A DNA stretch of 63,067 bases, filler included, from Octopus bimaculoides (lineage: Eukaryota): the NCBI RefSeq assembly GCF_001194135.2. It is 3 parts of 3 records of this genome, joined end to end, with 100 filler letters (N's around TTAATTAATTAA, not from the genome) between each part and the next. Parts side by side here need not be neighbours in the genome. Positions count along the whole stretch, not along the records: positions 17,465 to 47,128 come from NC_068995.1; 2 more parts are not named here. One strand, given 5' to 3'. The notes below the pieces were generated by a model, which was given only the letters and a program-made list of their open reading frames with translations, was not told the origin of the DNA and did no database searches. Made by a program: the position numbers and the translations under genes. Positions 26,515-40,393 of the stretch are shown one piece after another. Position 1 is the stretch's first letter. Every line of letters begins with the position of its first letter.

Positions 26515-26669
26515 TAATATAGGACAATCAGTTATTTGTAATAATAATACTCAGAGTTTCAGATGCCGGGGCGAGCGTTTTTGCCTTAGTAACTGATGAG
26601 GATGACTTTTGGCCCCGGCATCTGAAACTCTGAGTATTATTGTGACAACTAACTGATTGTCCTATATTA
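26515..26669. repeat. Inverted repeat: 57-bp arms (54/57 identical), 41-nt loop
   Basis: 26515-26571 is the reverse complement of 26613-26669; the innermost 29 bp are perfect (counted by hand). Confidence 0.95.
26587..26642 (+). ncRNA. Type I hammerhead ribozyme with palindromic stem III
   Basis: Stem I UAGUAA/UUAUUG; core CUGAUGA (26593-99); stem II GGAUG/CAUCU; GAA (26624-26); stem III ACUC-u-GAGU; cleavage triplet GUA, predicted cut after 26636. Confidence 0.7.
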
Positions 26670-26762
26670 TATATTTATAGATAAATTCCTCTATTTACAT
26701 AATATTGAGGCCTCGTTCATTCTTTTGTTGTCATATTATTATTATTAATATATGTGTGTATG

Positions 26763-26796
<34 letters not shown>

Positions 26797-27128
26797 TGTA
26801 TGTACACTTACACATTACATTTGCATATACCCATAGGCACAAGTATGAACTGAAAGCTGTCTTGCTTTGATCTCTTTGCCTTCGACAGTGTTTTTTTTTA
26901 TTACAATAGCCGCTTGATAACATTAAGCAGATGATATTGATGTAACAATAATTTGAACGTGGTTGCGATCCAGTAATTTTGATAAAAATAACCGCTTGAT
27001 AATAACTGCCTGTGATTATTATAAGCTGCCGCCATTACATATATGTTCGTCTGTGTTTGTGTGTGTGTGTGGGCGTGCGTGTGTATGTGCGTACGTGTGT
27101 GTTTGTCTGTGAGTGTACAAGTGTCTAG

Positions 27129-27168
<40 letters not shown>

Positions 27169-28072
27169 CACCGAAATTTCTAAATATCTAACTTCCCATG
27201 TACGTTATTGGAATCTCCTCTATCCTCCGCATATCTAAACGAACAAAAAAAATACCACTAACGCACCCGCACCCGTGCTTACACACACGGAAGTGTCAGA
27301 CTTACAAGATGTAGCGTGTTCCATGATATCATGTAGTTGTTTTTTTATATTTGTCGTTACTAATTATGTTTAATTGTTTTGTTGTTGTTGTTTTTTATCA
27401 ATAACCTATCGGGATATTTAACAAACAAAATGTAGAAGACGGGAAAAATTTCCTATCTTGTGTTCCTTCTCTGTCAGATTCCTGGTGAAGAATACATCTG
27501 TAAAATGTCCGTATTAGTGTTGTTAATCTAATATTGGAGGGGTTGATGAGAAAGAGAGTTGGAGAGAAAGGGGAAGAGGAGAAGAATGAAGGAAAGAAGA
27601 AAAGAAGGAAGGGTGACTGAATGAGAGTGGAAAAGCGAGTGGAAAAGAGAGATATGGAATTCAATTGAGATTGAAAGTAAAATAAGAGAAAAAGAAGAAA
27701 GAAAACAGAAGGAAGAGAGGACGGGAAGTAAAGAAAGGAAGGAAGGAAGTGACAAAGAAAGGAAGAGATAAAGAAAGAAAGGAATAAAGAGAGAGAGAAA
27801 AAAGAATGAAAGGGAGGTTGAAAGTAAGGAAGGACGGCAGAAACAAAAAAAATATGAAAGGAAGAAAGGAACCAACTAACAAACAAGCAAACAAACAATT
27901 AAAGAAACAAAGAAGAAACAGAGACAAACTGACAGAAAGAGAAAGAGAGGGGAAGAGAGAGAGAGGGAGATAGAAAGAGAGAGAGAGGGAAAAGGAAAGA
28001 AAGAAAGAAAGAGAGGAACAATCACGTTTCTATATAGCCGAGTTGCGGAGTTTTATAAATATTTCTTACGTT

Positions 28073-28257
28073 AGGCGTAAGAGTGGCTGTATGGTAAGAA
28101 GATTATTTCCCTATCACATGGTTCAGGGTTCAATTTTACTACGTAGCACCTCGGGCAAGTGTCTTTTACTAATATAGCCTCGGGCCGACCAAAGCCTTGT
28201 GAGTGGATTTGGTAGGCGGAAACTGAAACAAGTCCGTCGTGTATATGTATATATATG

Positions 28258-28335
<78 letters not shown>
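28073..28335 (+). mobile_element. SINE A, 5' half, ending in (TG)n
   Basis: aggcgtaagagtggctgtatggtaag...gcacctcgggcaagtgtc...gtggatttggtaggcggaaactgaaac. Confidence 0.85.
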
Positions 28336-28337
<2 letters not shown>

Positions 28338-28689
28338 CATAATTAGAAATATTGCGTTTCCTAAATCTCTCTGAAAGACTAATACAGTAGCAGCACGATA
28401 AAGTGATGGTTTGTTCCCAGGAAAGGGAAGAATGCTACTGCTCTTTAGCCCTAGGAAACACCGTTTCCTGTTGGCTATGTGAGACAAGCGTACGTGTCCT
28501 TATGTTTTCAAACAGGAGCGATAAGCACCGCTACCCAGGAAAGCCAGCATCCAGAGACTAGTTTCAGAGTCATTGCTCTTCAGCAGTCTGGAGTAGCTTG
28601 GTTTGCTAGCTGCCGATGCTTATTCACCTTATATAGCATTTCAAGTGAAATAAATTCACTGATCTACAAAATTAGAAATATTGCATTTC

Positions 28690-28987
28690 TTAATCTCGTC
28701 ATTATTGTCAACATTGGCATCAACGTCGTCATCGTCGTCATCATCATCACCATCGTCATTACCACAACCAATCTTTGTTCTCGGCGTTGTCATTGTTTTC
28801 GTCTTCATCAACTTCATCGTCGCAATCATCATCAACAACACTACCATCATCACCATCGTTGTTATCATCATTGTCATCATCATCATCATCATCCTCTTCG
28901 TTGTCGTCATCATCATTGTCATCATCATCATCATCATCATCATCACCATTGTTGTCATCATCATCGTCGTCGACGTCCTATCATCAT

Positions 28988-29019
<32 letters not shown>

Positions 29020-29690
29020 GCAGCACCAACAACTCCACTACCAGCTCCCCAATCAACCCTTCCATTAACATCACAAGCCCCACCACCACCACCACCACCA
29101 CCACCACCACCATCACTACAACCACCGCCACCACCGCCGCCACCATCACCCAGTCACATCCTTCAACATCACCACAACCGTCATCACTATCACATGTAGC
29201 ATCGACTGAACGCGCACATGTGGAAATAATTGCGTGCAACAACAGCAACAAAAACAACTTCAACAACAACAACAACAACAAGAAAAACGGCAAAAGCAAC
29301 AACAGTGACAACAGCAGCAGCAGCAGCAACAACAACAACAATATCACCGTTCTTCGCTTGTTTTAAAAATGATTACAATAACTGCACAAGCAGCAGATTT
29401 GATAAGCTGCAGCATAAACTGCAGAAGCATTAGATACTGCAACACCACTGATGCCATCAACAGCAGCAGCAGCAGCTATTATAACAGGAACAGCAGCAAA
29501 ACTACAACCATCAGGAGCAGCGTTAGTAGTAGCGCCATTGACATCAATACAAATATGGACGCCGCCAGCATTCTCTGCAACATCAGCAACACTAATAACA
29601 ACAACAACCATGGGGGAAAATATACAATGACAGCAGTAACAACAACAGCTTCAATATTGCCAACAACAGCAGCAGAATTTTGTCTATCAT
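28690..29690. repeat. Compound CAT/CAG/CAC/CAA trinucleotide low-complexity tract (continues at 30090-30545)
   Basis: Seen directly; it produces the poly-H/S/Q/P/N ORFs in the track. Confidence 0.9.
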
Positions 29691-30078
29691 GTTGTTGGCA
29701 CTCCGTCGCTTACGACGACGAGGGTTCCGGTTGATCCGATCAACGGTGCAGCCTGCTCGTGAAATTAACGTGCAAGTGGCTGAGCACTCCACAGACACGT
29801 GTACCCTTAACGTAGTTCTCGCGGATATTCAGCATGACACAGAGTGTGACAAGGCTTGCCCTTTGAATTACAGGCACAACAGAAACAGGAAGTGAGAGTG
29901 AGAGAAAGTTGTGGTGAAAGAGTACAGCAGGGTTCGGTATCAACCCCCTGCCGGAGCCTCGTGGAGCTTTAGGTGTTTTCGCTCAATAAACACTCACAAC
30001 GCCCGGTCTGGGAATCGAAACCGTGATCCTATGACCGCGAGTCCGCTGCCCTAACCACTGGGCCATTGCGCCCCCCAC
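29691..30078 (-). mobile_element. tRNA-derived SINE B with 12-bp TSD
   Basis: Matches 39357-39738 and 46010-46387. ttttgtctatca occurs at 29678-29689 and 30079-30090. The 3' end runs into (CAA)n. Confidence 0.92.
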
Positions 30079-32111
30079 TTTTGTCTATCAGCAACAGTAA
30101 TAAAAGACAGGAGCAGCAGTATTGCAATAAGAGAGGCAGAAAGGGTTACGGAAGCGCCAAAAACCAACAATAGTTACCAAGAACTGTTGAGTTAGCAGCG
30201 CCGACACTAACAATAACGGCAGCAGCGAGAAAAAACGTTAGCAACAACAGCAGCAGTTGAAGAATTAGCATAAACTATTCCAGCAGCAGCAGCAGCAGCA
30301 ACAGTAGCAGCGATAGCAACAGCAGCAGCAGCAACGACACCAGCAGCAGCAACGACACCAGCATCAGCAACAACAACGGTAATATGGTAACGGTAATATT
30401 TTCAGCAGTAGCATTGTTAGCTCCAACACGACCAGCATCAACACCAGCAGCAGCAGTAGCAGCATAACTGGCAGCAAGGACAGCACCAACAGCAGCAACG
30501 CTGCAACAGTAGCAGCAGAAACAGCAGCAGCAGCAGTAGTAGCATTTGTTGGTGTATCTAGGCTCTTAAATGTACTTACTAAATATTCGGCGATGCTGCA
30601 CCTACATAGATAATATAGACGAATAAGCTAAGACGAGGACGATCTAAAGATGAACGACTCTAGTAACGGCCCTGTACGCGATCCTTAACGTAGCTGAAAG
30701 CAAGATTAAAAGGGAACAACTCCGCCTGTACCCCAGCTTTTGGTTCGTAAAACATGAATGTTATTCCATGCTCCCTGTCTCGACCAGTGGAAGAAATATC
30801 GATCCATGTATCCGATTATTTTCTTCAGTGTTGAAGGCATATAAAAGCCCCCTGGGCTCTTGATAAACTAGAGGCAATTTCTATCTTCTTTATTCGTTCC
30901 TTCAAGTATTCCACAGGCAAGATAGAAATCTTCCTCGTAACATTTTGCTATGCCCTTTTCTTTTCACGGGGCGCATCTTTCTCAAGAATATCTCTCTGAT
31001 AAGCATGCTCGCAAAACTATTGCTCCTGCTCTTTCTATTTGCGTTAATAGAAATCGGTTTTCTGGAGAATTTTTCTTTTACATTTGTTTAAAAATAAAAT
31101 CTTTTCTTCTGCAAATGTTTTGTGTTTTAACATTACTATTGTTTTCAAAATTTAAATTGAAATTCTTGTGGGCGTATTCATTGGTGGCATGCTTTTGGCT
31201 AAGAATTCCCGCCGCTGCCCCCAAAAGAAACTATCTTAAATAACTTGCAAATATGACTTTGTATAGAATTGAAATTTAGAAATTTTCAAGGGCAAACTTC
31301 ATTTTCCTACCTACTGGCGATTTAATAATAAAAAAAAAACAAGCTTTTTCATTTTATTTCTTTTTACTGTTATTTATTTAAATTTTCTCATGAAGTACAA
31401 AAGGAAAAAATTCGCCTTTCTCCGAATCTGCGTTGATTCAATATCCGTCCATTCCAAAACAACCACATCAGTAGAATCAACAACATTCATATCAACAAAA
31501 GTATGCAAAACAACAACGACAATGACAGCATATGATTATAAAAGACAAAAGAAAAAATAAAACTGTGTAACATTACAGACATTGCAATGCCATATCATAG
31601 CAGAGGACGGCGAGGTGGCAGAATCGTTAGCACGCCGGGCGGACAAAATTCGGGCCAACTAACATAGAAGATAAAATAACGATATTGTTAATATATCAGT
31701 TTACGAGAGTCAGGAAGATATATTTTAGCGATACAGTAAAGTCGATTATATTAAATTCAGAACGTGACAGGGTATATAGCTTAATCGACCCTCGGTACGA
31801 TAAAAGATTCATTTGATACCAGCGAGATTGGAACTTGGAATATAAAGAGCCTTAACTACTTTTACGCAAAACATTGCTTTCGGCTGTTCAACAATTCAGC
31901 GGAATATCCATTATTGTCTTCACATTGAAAACAGTCGTCAGAGCTATAAGAACAGTTGGTGATAATAGTTTGATGAGAGGGAAATGGATTTTTGTGGGAT
32001 ACTGCGGCATTGGATAAAGAATAATTCCGAATTCAAATGAGGCGTACATACACACGTACATACACACACACACACACTAACACGAGCACATGTTTTGAGT
32101 GTTCTAGATAT

Positions 32112-32144
<33 letters not shown>

Positions 32145-32176
32145 TGTATGCATATATGAATGCATGTATGCATGTA

Positions 32177-32267
<91 letters not shown>

Positions 32268-32395
32268 ATATATGCCTATCTATATATACATATATATATA
32301 CACAGATAATTAAAGTATATATATATATATATACATACATATATATAAATAATCGTGTGTGCATGTGTATACATTTATGTGTATGTGTGTGTATT

Positions 32396-32437
<42 letters not shown>

Positions 32438-32499
32438 ACAAGAACACTTGTCAAACTTCGATACTAATTTCAAGAGAGACGGAGAAAAAAGCCAAAAAA

Positions 32500-32665
32500 T
32501 ACTGCTACTACTACTACTACTACTACTGGTAGTAGTAGTAGTAATAGTAGTAGTAATAGTAGTAATAACAGTAGCAGCAGCGAGAATAATGGTGAATATA
32601 ATAACAGTAATAACGAAAACAAGAAAACAGCAATAATAATAATAATGACAATAATAGCGAAAATA

Positions 32666-32708
<43 letters not shown>

Positions 32709-32760
32709 GGATAATGATGATGATGATGATGATGATGATGATAATGCAGTAAACAACAAT
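32500..32760. repeat. (TAC)n/(TAG)n/(AAT)n/(GAT)n compound microsatellite
   Basis: Seen directly. Confidence 0.9.
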
Positions 32761-33759
32761 AAATAAGTAATCTTCATAGAGAGGAAAGTATATTGAAAAT
32801 ATTCGTGACTTATGTTTCGAGACTAATCAAATATGGCGGACACGTTCAGTTAGTTTTCTCTCCATATTTGTTTTGTAAGGCAAAGGTCTAAATCTGGTTA
32901 TAACGTAGCAATAATATCACAGAGATTGACACTGTGTTTGCATAGCTTAAACCTTTAACCGGTTGCTGTATGAATGAATGGATATAATAAAAGGAAGTAT
33001 ATGCGAAGATTGTGTGTGTATACTTTGTGTATTCGTCTGTGTGTGTGTGTGTGTTTCTGTGTGTGTATGTGTTTGTGTGTCTATTTGTGTGTATGTGGGT
33101 GTGTCTGTATTCGTATATATATATATATATATATATATATNNNNNNNNNNNNNNNNNNNNNNNNNNNNNNNNNNNNNNNNNNNNNNNNNNNNNNNNNNNN
33201 NNNNNNNNNNNNNNNNNNNNNNNNNNNNNNNNNNNNNNNNNNNNNNNNNNNNNNNNNNNNNNNNNNNNNNNNNNNNNNNNNNNNNNNNNNNNNNNNNNNN
33301 NNNNNNNNNNNNNNNNNNNNNNNNNNNNNNNNNNNNNNNNNNNNNNNNNNNNNNNNNNNNNNNNNNNNNNNNNNNNNNNNNNNNNNNNNNNNNNNNNNNN
33401 NNNNNNNNNNNNNNNNNNNNNNNNNNNNNNNNNNNNNNNNNNNNNNNNNNNNNNNNNNNNNNNNNNNNNNNNNNNNNNNNNNNNNNNNNNNNNNNNNNNN
33501 NNNNNNNNNNNNNNNNNNNNNNNNNNNNNNNNNNNNNNNNNNNNNNNNNNNNNNNNNNNNNNNNNNNNNNNNNNNNNNNNNNNNNNNNNNNNNNNNNNNN
33601 NNNNNNNNNNNNNNNNNNNNNNNNNNNNNNNNNNNNNNNNNNNNNNNNNNNNNNNNNNNNNNNNNNNNNNNNNNNNNNNNNNNNNNNNNNNNNNNNNNNN
33701 NNNNNNNNNNNNNNNNNNNNNNNNNNNNNNNNNNNNNNNNNNNNNNNNNNNNNNNNNNN

Positions 33760-33815
<56 letters not shown>

Positions 33816-34302
33816 ATATATACACATATATACATACATATGTGTACGTAAACGCAAGATGTATGTATGCGAAGAGAACGAAACAGAAAAAGAGTTTGAC
33901 TGAGGGTTATTCAGAATGATGGAAAATATGTTGATCGATATATAGATAGACAAAAATGACAACAAAGAACACGATACAATTATTGGTATTGATTTTTTTA
34001 CATTATTGTTAAGATTTTATTATTTTTATGATTGTTATGTGTTCGATCACAAATAGCATTACACACACACACACATATACGCAATCATACGCATTAAACA
34101 CGCATACGCATGCACAGGTACACATATATACACATACCTATCAACGCATAAAGTTTTTACTGCTTACGTCCATATCTCTGGTCTTCCTCTGTCCATCTGA
34201 ATGTGTCTGTGTATGTGCATATATATATGTATACAAATTGATATTCATATATATGTGTATGCATGTGCGTGTTTGTGTGTGTGTGTGCGTACGTATGTAT
34301 GC

Positions 34303-34363
<61 letters not shown>

Positions 34364-34739
34364 TACATACACACACATACACACACACATGTTTATGTTC
34401 ATATATTTTTTATCCCTTCTCTTTCTCAGCTTTCTCTTTGTCTCTCTCTCTCTCTCTCTCTCTCTCNNNNNNNNNNNNNNNNNNNNNNNNNNNNNNNNNN
34501 NNNNNNNNNNNNNNNNNNNNNNNNNNNNNNNNNNNNNNNNNNNNNNNNNNNNNNNNNNNNNNNNNNNNNNNNNNNNNNNNNNNNNNNNNNNNNNNNNNNN
34601 NNNNNNNNNNNNNNNNNNNNNNNNNNNNNNNNNNNNNNNNNNNNNNNNNNNNNNNNNNNNNNNNNNNNNNNNNNNNNNNNNNNNNNNNNNNNNNNNNNNN
34701 NNNNNNNNNNNNNNNNNNNNNNNNNNTATATATATATAT

Positions 34740-34799
<60 letters not shown>

Positions 34800-35843
34800 A
34801 TACACACACATCTATCTATCTATCTATCTATCTATTTATCTATCTATATATATATATATATATATATATGTGTATATATATCTATATATGCATGTATATA
34901 TATATATATGCATGTATATACATATGTACATGTATATATATGTATAGATATACATATGTTTGTATGTGTCTCTATTCATACATGCATAAATACATATATT
35001 ATAGGTTTAGTGTAACTGTGATTGTGAATAGTGTATCGTAGTTCACACAACATAACAAAAGACAGAGATCAAAGTGTTATTAGTAGGAGGTGAAAGTTGC
35101 AAGAGAAAGGTGTATCTTGAAGGCCTATATTACGTATGTCTACTCAACTCAGCCACACAATAGCTGCAGGCGGACCTTGAGGACATAAAGTACAGGCACA
35201 ATGCCAAACAAAATATAAGAGACAGCTTCATCACTCGACAAACACCTTGCTGTTAAGGGTCTGGCTATAATGGAAGTAGGGGAAGATCGATGTATAGTAA
35301 TTTTGAATGTTTAGCGATAGACAAACAGTTGGTTTTAGTAATGTGGGCAAAATAGGCGTGAATGTCGATGTGGTTGTGTGAATACGATATTGTGAAGAGC
35401 CTTTGTGAATGCGATAACGTATGATGTATATGTGAATACTGGAATGTGAAGGCGTGTGTGTGAATGTAAGGGGGTATGGTGCTGTGTTCGCGTGTGTTTG
35501 CGTCTATGTGTAATTGTTGTATGTTAGTGTTTTAACGTTTGTGTGTTCGGTTCTGGTTGTCGGTCGGTCGGTCGGTAGGTCGGTCGGTCTGTCAAAGTGT
35601 TTTGTATGCATAATGAAATGCTGGAGAAGGAATGTAATGTGCTTATTATTGCATTGGTTTCATGTATACAAAACATACATTCACACATACACACGCACAT
35701 ACACATACACACATGCACGCAGATATATGTGTGTGTGTGTTTATATGTATGTAGACATACCTATATGTATATACTAAAACATAGAGTTATTGTTTGTACA
35801 TTCCTACATTTCTTGCATATATTCGCATGCGCACAGACTCGTG

Positions 35844-35921
<78 letters not shown>

Positions 35922-36075
35922 TGCCATACATTCTTACATATGCATACATATACAGACACTTATGTGTGATTTTGCGCGGAAGTCATGTGTGTGTATATAT
36001 GGCTGTGTGTGGGTGTGTTTATGTGTTTGTGTAAAAGTATATATATTTGTATGTATTCATCTTTATATGTTTATG

Positions 36076-36140
<65 letters not shown>

Positions 36141-36148
36141 TGATAGAT
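36076..36148. repeat. (ATAG)n microsatellite (another at 42457-42536)
   Basis: Seen directly. Confidence 0.95.
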
Positions 36149-36288
36149 AAACAGACAGAGACACAGACAGACAAGATCATCGACAGGTATATATATACTC
36201 ATACTTATAGTGTGTATTTATTGATATGTGTGTGCATGTGTGCTTGTTTGTGAGCGTATGTATTTGAATACATAAACATATATACGGT

Positions 36289-36340
<52 letters not shown>

Positions 36341-36589
36341 CCACTACATATGTGTGTAGATATGTGTATCTGTGTACAGTGTCACTGTCAAACGAGAAGG
36401 ACTTTGTAGCATGGTCCATGCTTCCACTAATTGTTTTATGCTCCCATGTAATCCTTAACGTTATATTAAATCTAAAAGAAGGCAAATACAATCGTTACCT
36501 TAAACCCTAGGAAGAAACAAAATAAATAAACGGCATACCGAACAAACCAGCCTCGAACATACAGCTCATGGCAGGACAATGTTAAACAT

Positions 36590-37085
36590 ATCTTGAATAT
36601 TATTGGATAAAGAAATATTTAATAAAGCTCTGCTATACTACAATAGAGCTCTAGAAATAAATACTTTTATCGACTACCTGATACACTTAGGGCAACTAAT
36701 ATGAAATAATGTTTAACGTAGAGATAGACAAAAAAATCTGATAGCCATGATTTATCTAACACTGATTCGTACACACTTTAGTATTTCTCACAAATGTCAA
36801 AACATACCATAAAAACTGTATAAAGTTTTGCCATAGCTATATGCGGAATTATAAGATCACACATCTGTAACCATAACCTGGTTGAATATATTAGTGATTC
36901 CTGGATACCAAATGCCTGAAGTAAGAAACAGTATACTGGGCAGGCGAATAAATAGTTATTTTCACAATAAAGACGTGTTTCGGGTTAACTGTGAACACTC
37001 TTAAAACAAGTTACATACACCACACTTATGCAGTTCGATCAATAGGTAAAAGCAGATATACAAGCATTCCAAAATATATTTGGGT
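36590..37085 (+). mobile_element. Decayed Penelope-like element (RT C-terminus to GIY-YIG)
   Basis: DKEIFNKALLYYNRALE (from 36606), CFGLTVNTLKTSY (about 36976-37014) and YTSIPKYIW (about 37057-37083) resemble PLE motifs. Confidence 0.65.
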
Positions 37086-37160
37086 TTTGGCACCAGTGGA
37101 TGTCGCAACTCATTTCAACAGCTGAGTTAACTGGAGCAACGTGAAATAAAGTTACCGGAC

Positions 37161-37357
37161 AAGGATTCTGGATTATTTTCACGGTTTTTTTTTACTTAAT
37201 TTTTGAGAGTGGTTAGGGTTCATTTTTAGCATTCTCGTTTGTGAGAGCAGTCGAGTTTATTTCAGATATTCTCATTTTAAAAATCATTCCCTAATAATCG
37301 TTGCGATGACGTTGGTGTTGCCTTGGCGGAGGTTTGCACCCTGTGGGCGCACTTGTT
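37161..37357 (+). mobile_element. Possible non-autonomous Helentron-associated (HINE/DINE-1-like) 3' end
   Basis: ccttggcggagg (37321-32), then hairpin tgcaccc-tgt-gggcgca and a TT end. The 5' subterminal repeat is not found. Confidence 0.45.
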
Positions 37358-38224
37358 ATAGTTGTATTCATTATATATATTTTTTTGTTTTTAATCATTA
37401 TATGATTATATAATTTTTAATTTAATTTCTTCACAGATCACCTTCGACTCTGATAGAATACCGATAACGCCAGTAGAATCAAGAACAACAACAACTACCA
37501 CAATTTCAGAGACGCCAGCGGCACTTTCAGCAGCAGTAGCAGCAGCAGCAGCANNNNNNNNNNNNNNNNNNNNNNNNNNNNNNNNNNNNNNNNNNNNNNN
37601 NNNNNNNNNNNNNNNNNNNNNNNNNNNNNNNNNNNNNNNNNNNNNNNNNNNNNNNNNNNNNNNNNNNNNNNNNNNNNNNNNNNNNNNNNNNNNNNNNNNN
37701 NNNNNNNNNNNNNNNNNNNNNNNNNNNNNNNNNNNNNNNNNNNNNNNNNNNNNNNNNNNNNNNNNNNNNNNNNNNNNNNNNNNNNNNNNNNNNNNNNNNN
37801 NNNNNNNNNNNNNNNNNNNNNNNNNNNNNNNNNNNNNNNNNNNNNNNNNNNNNNNNNNNNNNNNNNNNNNNNNNNNNNNNNNNNNNNNNNNNNNNNNNNN
37901 NNNNNNNNNNNNNNNNNNNNNNNNNNNNNNNNNNNNNNNNNNNNNNNNNNNNNNNNNNNNNNNNNNNNNNNNNNNNNNNNNNNNNNNNNNNNNNNNNNNN
38001 NNNNNNNNNNNNNNNNNNNNNNNNNNNNNNNNNNNNNNNNNNNNNNNNNNNNNNNNNNNNNNNNNNNNNNNNNNNNNNNNNNNNNNNNNNNNNNNNNNNN
38101 NNNNNNNNNNNNNNNNNNNNNNNNNNNNNNNNNNNNNNNNNNNNNNNNNNNNNNNNNNNNNNNNNNNNNNNNNNNNNNNNNNNNGTGGTGGTGGTGGTGG
38201 CAGCATCTGTCTCTATTGTAGAAG

Positions 38225-38580
38225 TTACAGTCTCTGTTGTACATCAAGCATAGATATTTTAACTTGGTGAAATTTCTCCTCAATGGGAACATTCAGTATA
38301 TAAGAAAGGATGCTGGAAATTCCGGTAGTGAAATTGTTTTTAGACTGAAAAATTCTTCATCATTCATTATTCACACAGTTTTTGCTAGATTTATTCTTCT
38401 TAATGTTGAGTTTAAGGACGATAAGGTTAAATTAATACAAGGCCAGTCATGCTATGCAATAAATTTTCTGCATTATGCGATAAATTTATGCAATAAACTG
38501 TATTGGTTTGAAGACTGGGCACGTGGAAATCGGGATGGCGATGTAGAAAAGTTGGTGGAATATATAAAAATGGTTAAGAA
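38225..38580 (+). mobile_element. Possible decayed PLE reverse transcriptase fragment
   Basis: ORF 38237-38587, FARFILLNVEFKDDKVKLIQGQSCYAINFLHYAINLCNKL, loosely resembles the PLE RT ILxNNxFxFxxxxYxQxxGxAMGxxFAxxYANLFM region. Highly degenerate. Confidence 0.4.
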
Positions 38581-39356
38581 ATACTAGCTAAAAATACTGG
38601 CTAAAAAGAAAGAAAAAGAATTGGGTTTTTTTTTCTTTGTACTTATGGAAAAAGATAATGAATGAATTAAGTGCCATGAGCGTCGGAATAAATTCATATT
38701 CGATATTTTAGTTATTGGTGTTTAACCAATATAATACAGATAAGAACAAGAGGATTATAAAATGAATACCATTCCAAGATCATTTCGAATTTCCGACTTC
38801 AATATTATAGGTTGTTTTCGCAAATTACATCTCTACGTATGTCTTTCTTTCCGTGAGTTCTTAAACTGGCGTCACACGAAAGCTGCAGGAAGTGTGAACC
38901 GCGCAGGGTGAAAGTGTCAAAGAGATGACGCCAGAAAGACTTCAGATAAATAAATAAATAGACAGATAAATAAATAAACAAAGAAATAAGTAAATAAATA
39001 AATAAAATGACATATGAAATAGATGCCTAATCCACTAATACATGATGCCAATAAAACTTAATATCCGCTAATGTTTGTAAACGTTTTAACAGCCTACACA
39101 CAATGTGCAACGGTTAAAAACGCTATGGTAACTTAAACAAAAGAAAAACGGCAAAACAGTCGTTATACGAAACAATCATAAACACCTGCCTACCTTTATT
39201 AGGGCTACAATAATTTCTGTGTAAAATTCGGTATGTTTTCGGTTGAAACCTGTAGATCCCGTGTAGCAATACCGTTTAACGTAAAGAGTAAGACAATGTT
39301 GATGTTTTTTAGCTTCAAATGTTGTTATTTTCTTACCAAATATTCTCTTAAACCAC

Positions 39357-39738
39357 GTTGGCACTCCGTCGCTTACGACGTCGAGGGTTCCATTTCATCC
39401 GATCAACGGAACAGCCTGTTCGTGAAATTAACGTGCAAGTGGCTGAGAACTCCACAGACATGTGTACCCTTAACGTAGTTCTCGGGGATATTCAGCGTGA
39501 CACAGAGTGTGACAAGGCTGACTCTTTGAAATACAGGTACAACAGAAACAGGAAGTAAGAGTGAGAGAAAGTTCTGTGAAAGAGTACAGCAGGGTTCGCC
39601 ACCATCCCCTGCCGGAGCGTCGTGGAGCTTTAGGTGTTTTCGCTCTATAGACACTCACAACGCCCGGTCTGGGAATCGAAACCGCGAACCTATGACCGCG
39701 AGTCCGCTGCCCTAACCACTGGGCCATTGCGCCTCCAC
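39357..39738 (-). mobile_element. SINE B
   Basis: Near-identical to 29691-30078 and 46010-46387. Confidence 0.92.
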
Positions 39739-40356
39739 ATATACATATGTATATGTATATAAATATATGTGTGAATGTGTGTGTGTGCGCGCGTGTGTGT
39801 AAATGTGTGTGCGTGTGTGTGTGTGCATAAGGTTACGACCGTCACACGCGAAGCAAGAATGGTTTGGCAACATGTACAAATAAATGGCTTCCNNNNNNNN
39901 NNNNNNNNNNNNNNNNNNNNNNNNNNNNNNNNNNNNNNNNNNNNNNNNNNNNNNNNNNNNNNNNNNNNNNNNNNNNNNNNNNNNNNNNNNNNNNNNNNNN
40001 NNNNNNNNNNNNNNNNNNNNNNNNNNNNNNNNNNNNNNNNNNNNNNNNNNNNNNNNNNNNNNNNNNNNNNNNNNNNNNNNNNNNNNNNNNNNNNNNNNNN
40101 NNNNNNNNNNNNNNNNNNNNNNNNNNNNNNNNNNNNNNNNNNNNNNNNNNNNNNNNNNNNNNNNNNNNNNNNNNNNNNNNNNNNNNNNNNNNNNNNNNNN
40201 NNNNNNNNNNNNNNNNNNNNNNNNNNNNNNNNNNNNNNNNNNNNNNNNNNNNNNNNNNNNNNNNNNNNNNNNNNNNNNNNNNNNNNNNNNNNNNNNNNNN
40301 NNNNNNNNNNNNNNNNNNNNNNNNNNNNNNNNNNNNNNNNNNNNNNNNNNNNNNNN

Positions 40357-40393
<37 letters not shown>

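Noticed and set aside
28479-29734. 295-aa and overlapping ORFs with poly-H/S/T/N resembling a low-complexity transcription factor
   Set aside because: All frames on both strands stay open because the trinucleotide tract lacks stops. No folded domain is present, and a SINE with TSD interrupts the tract.
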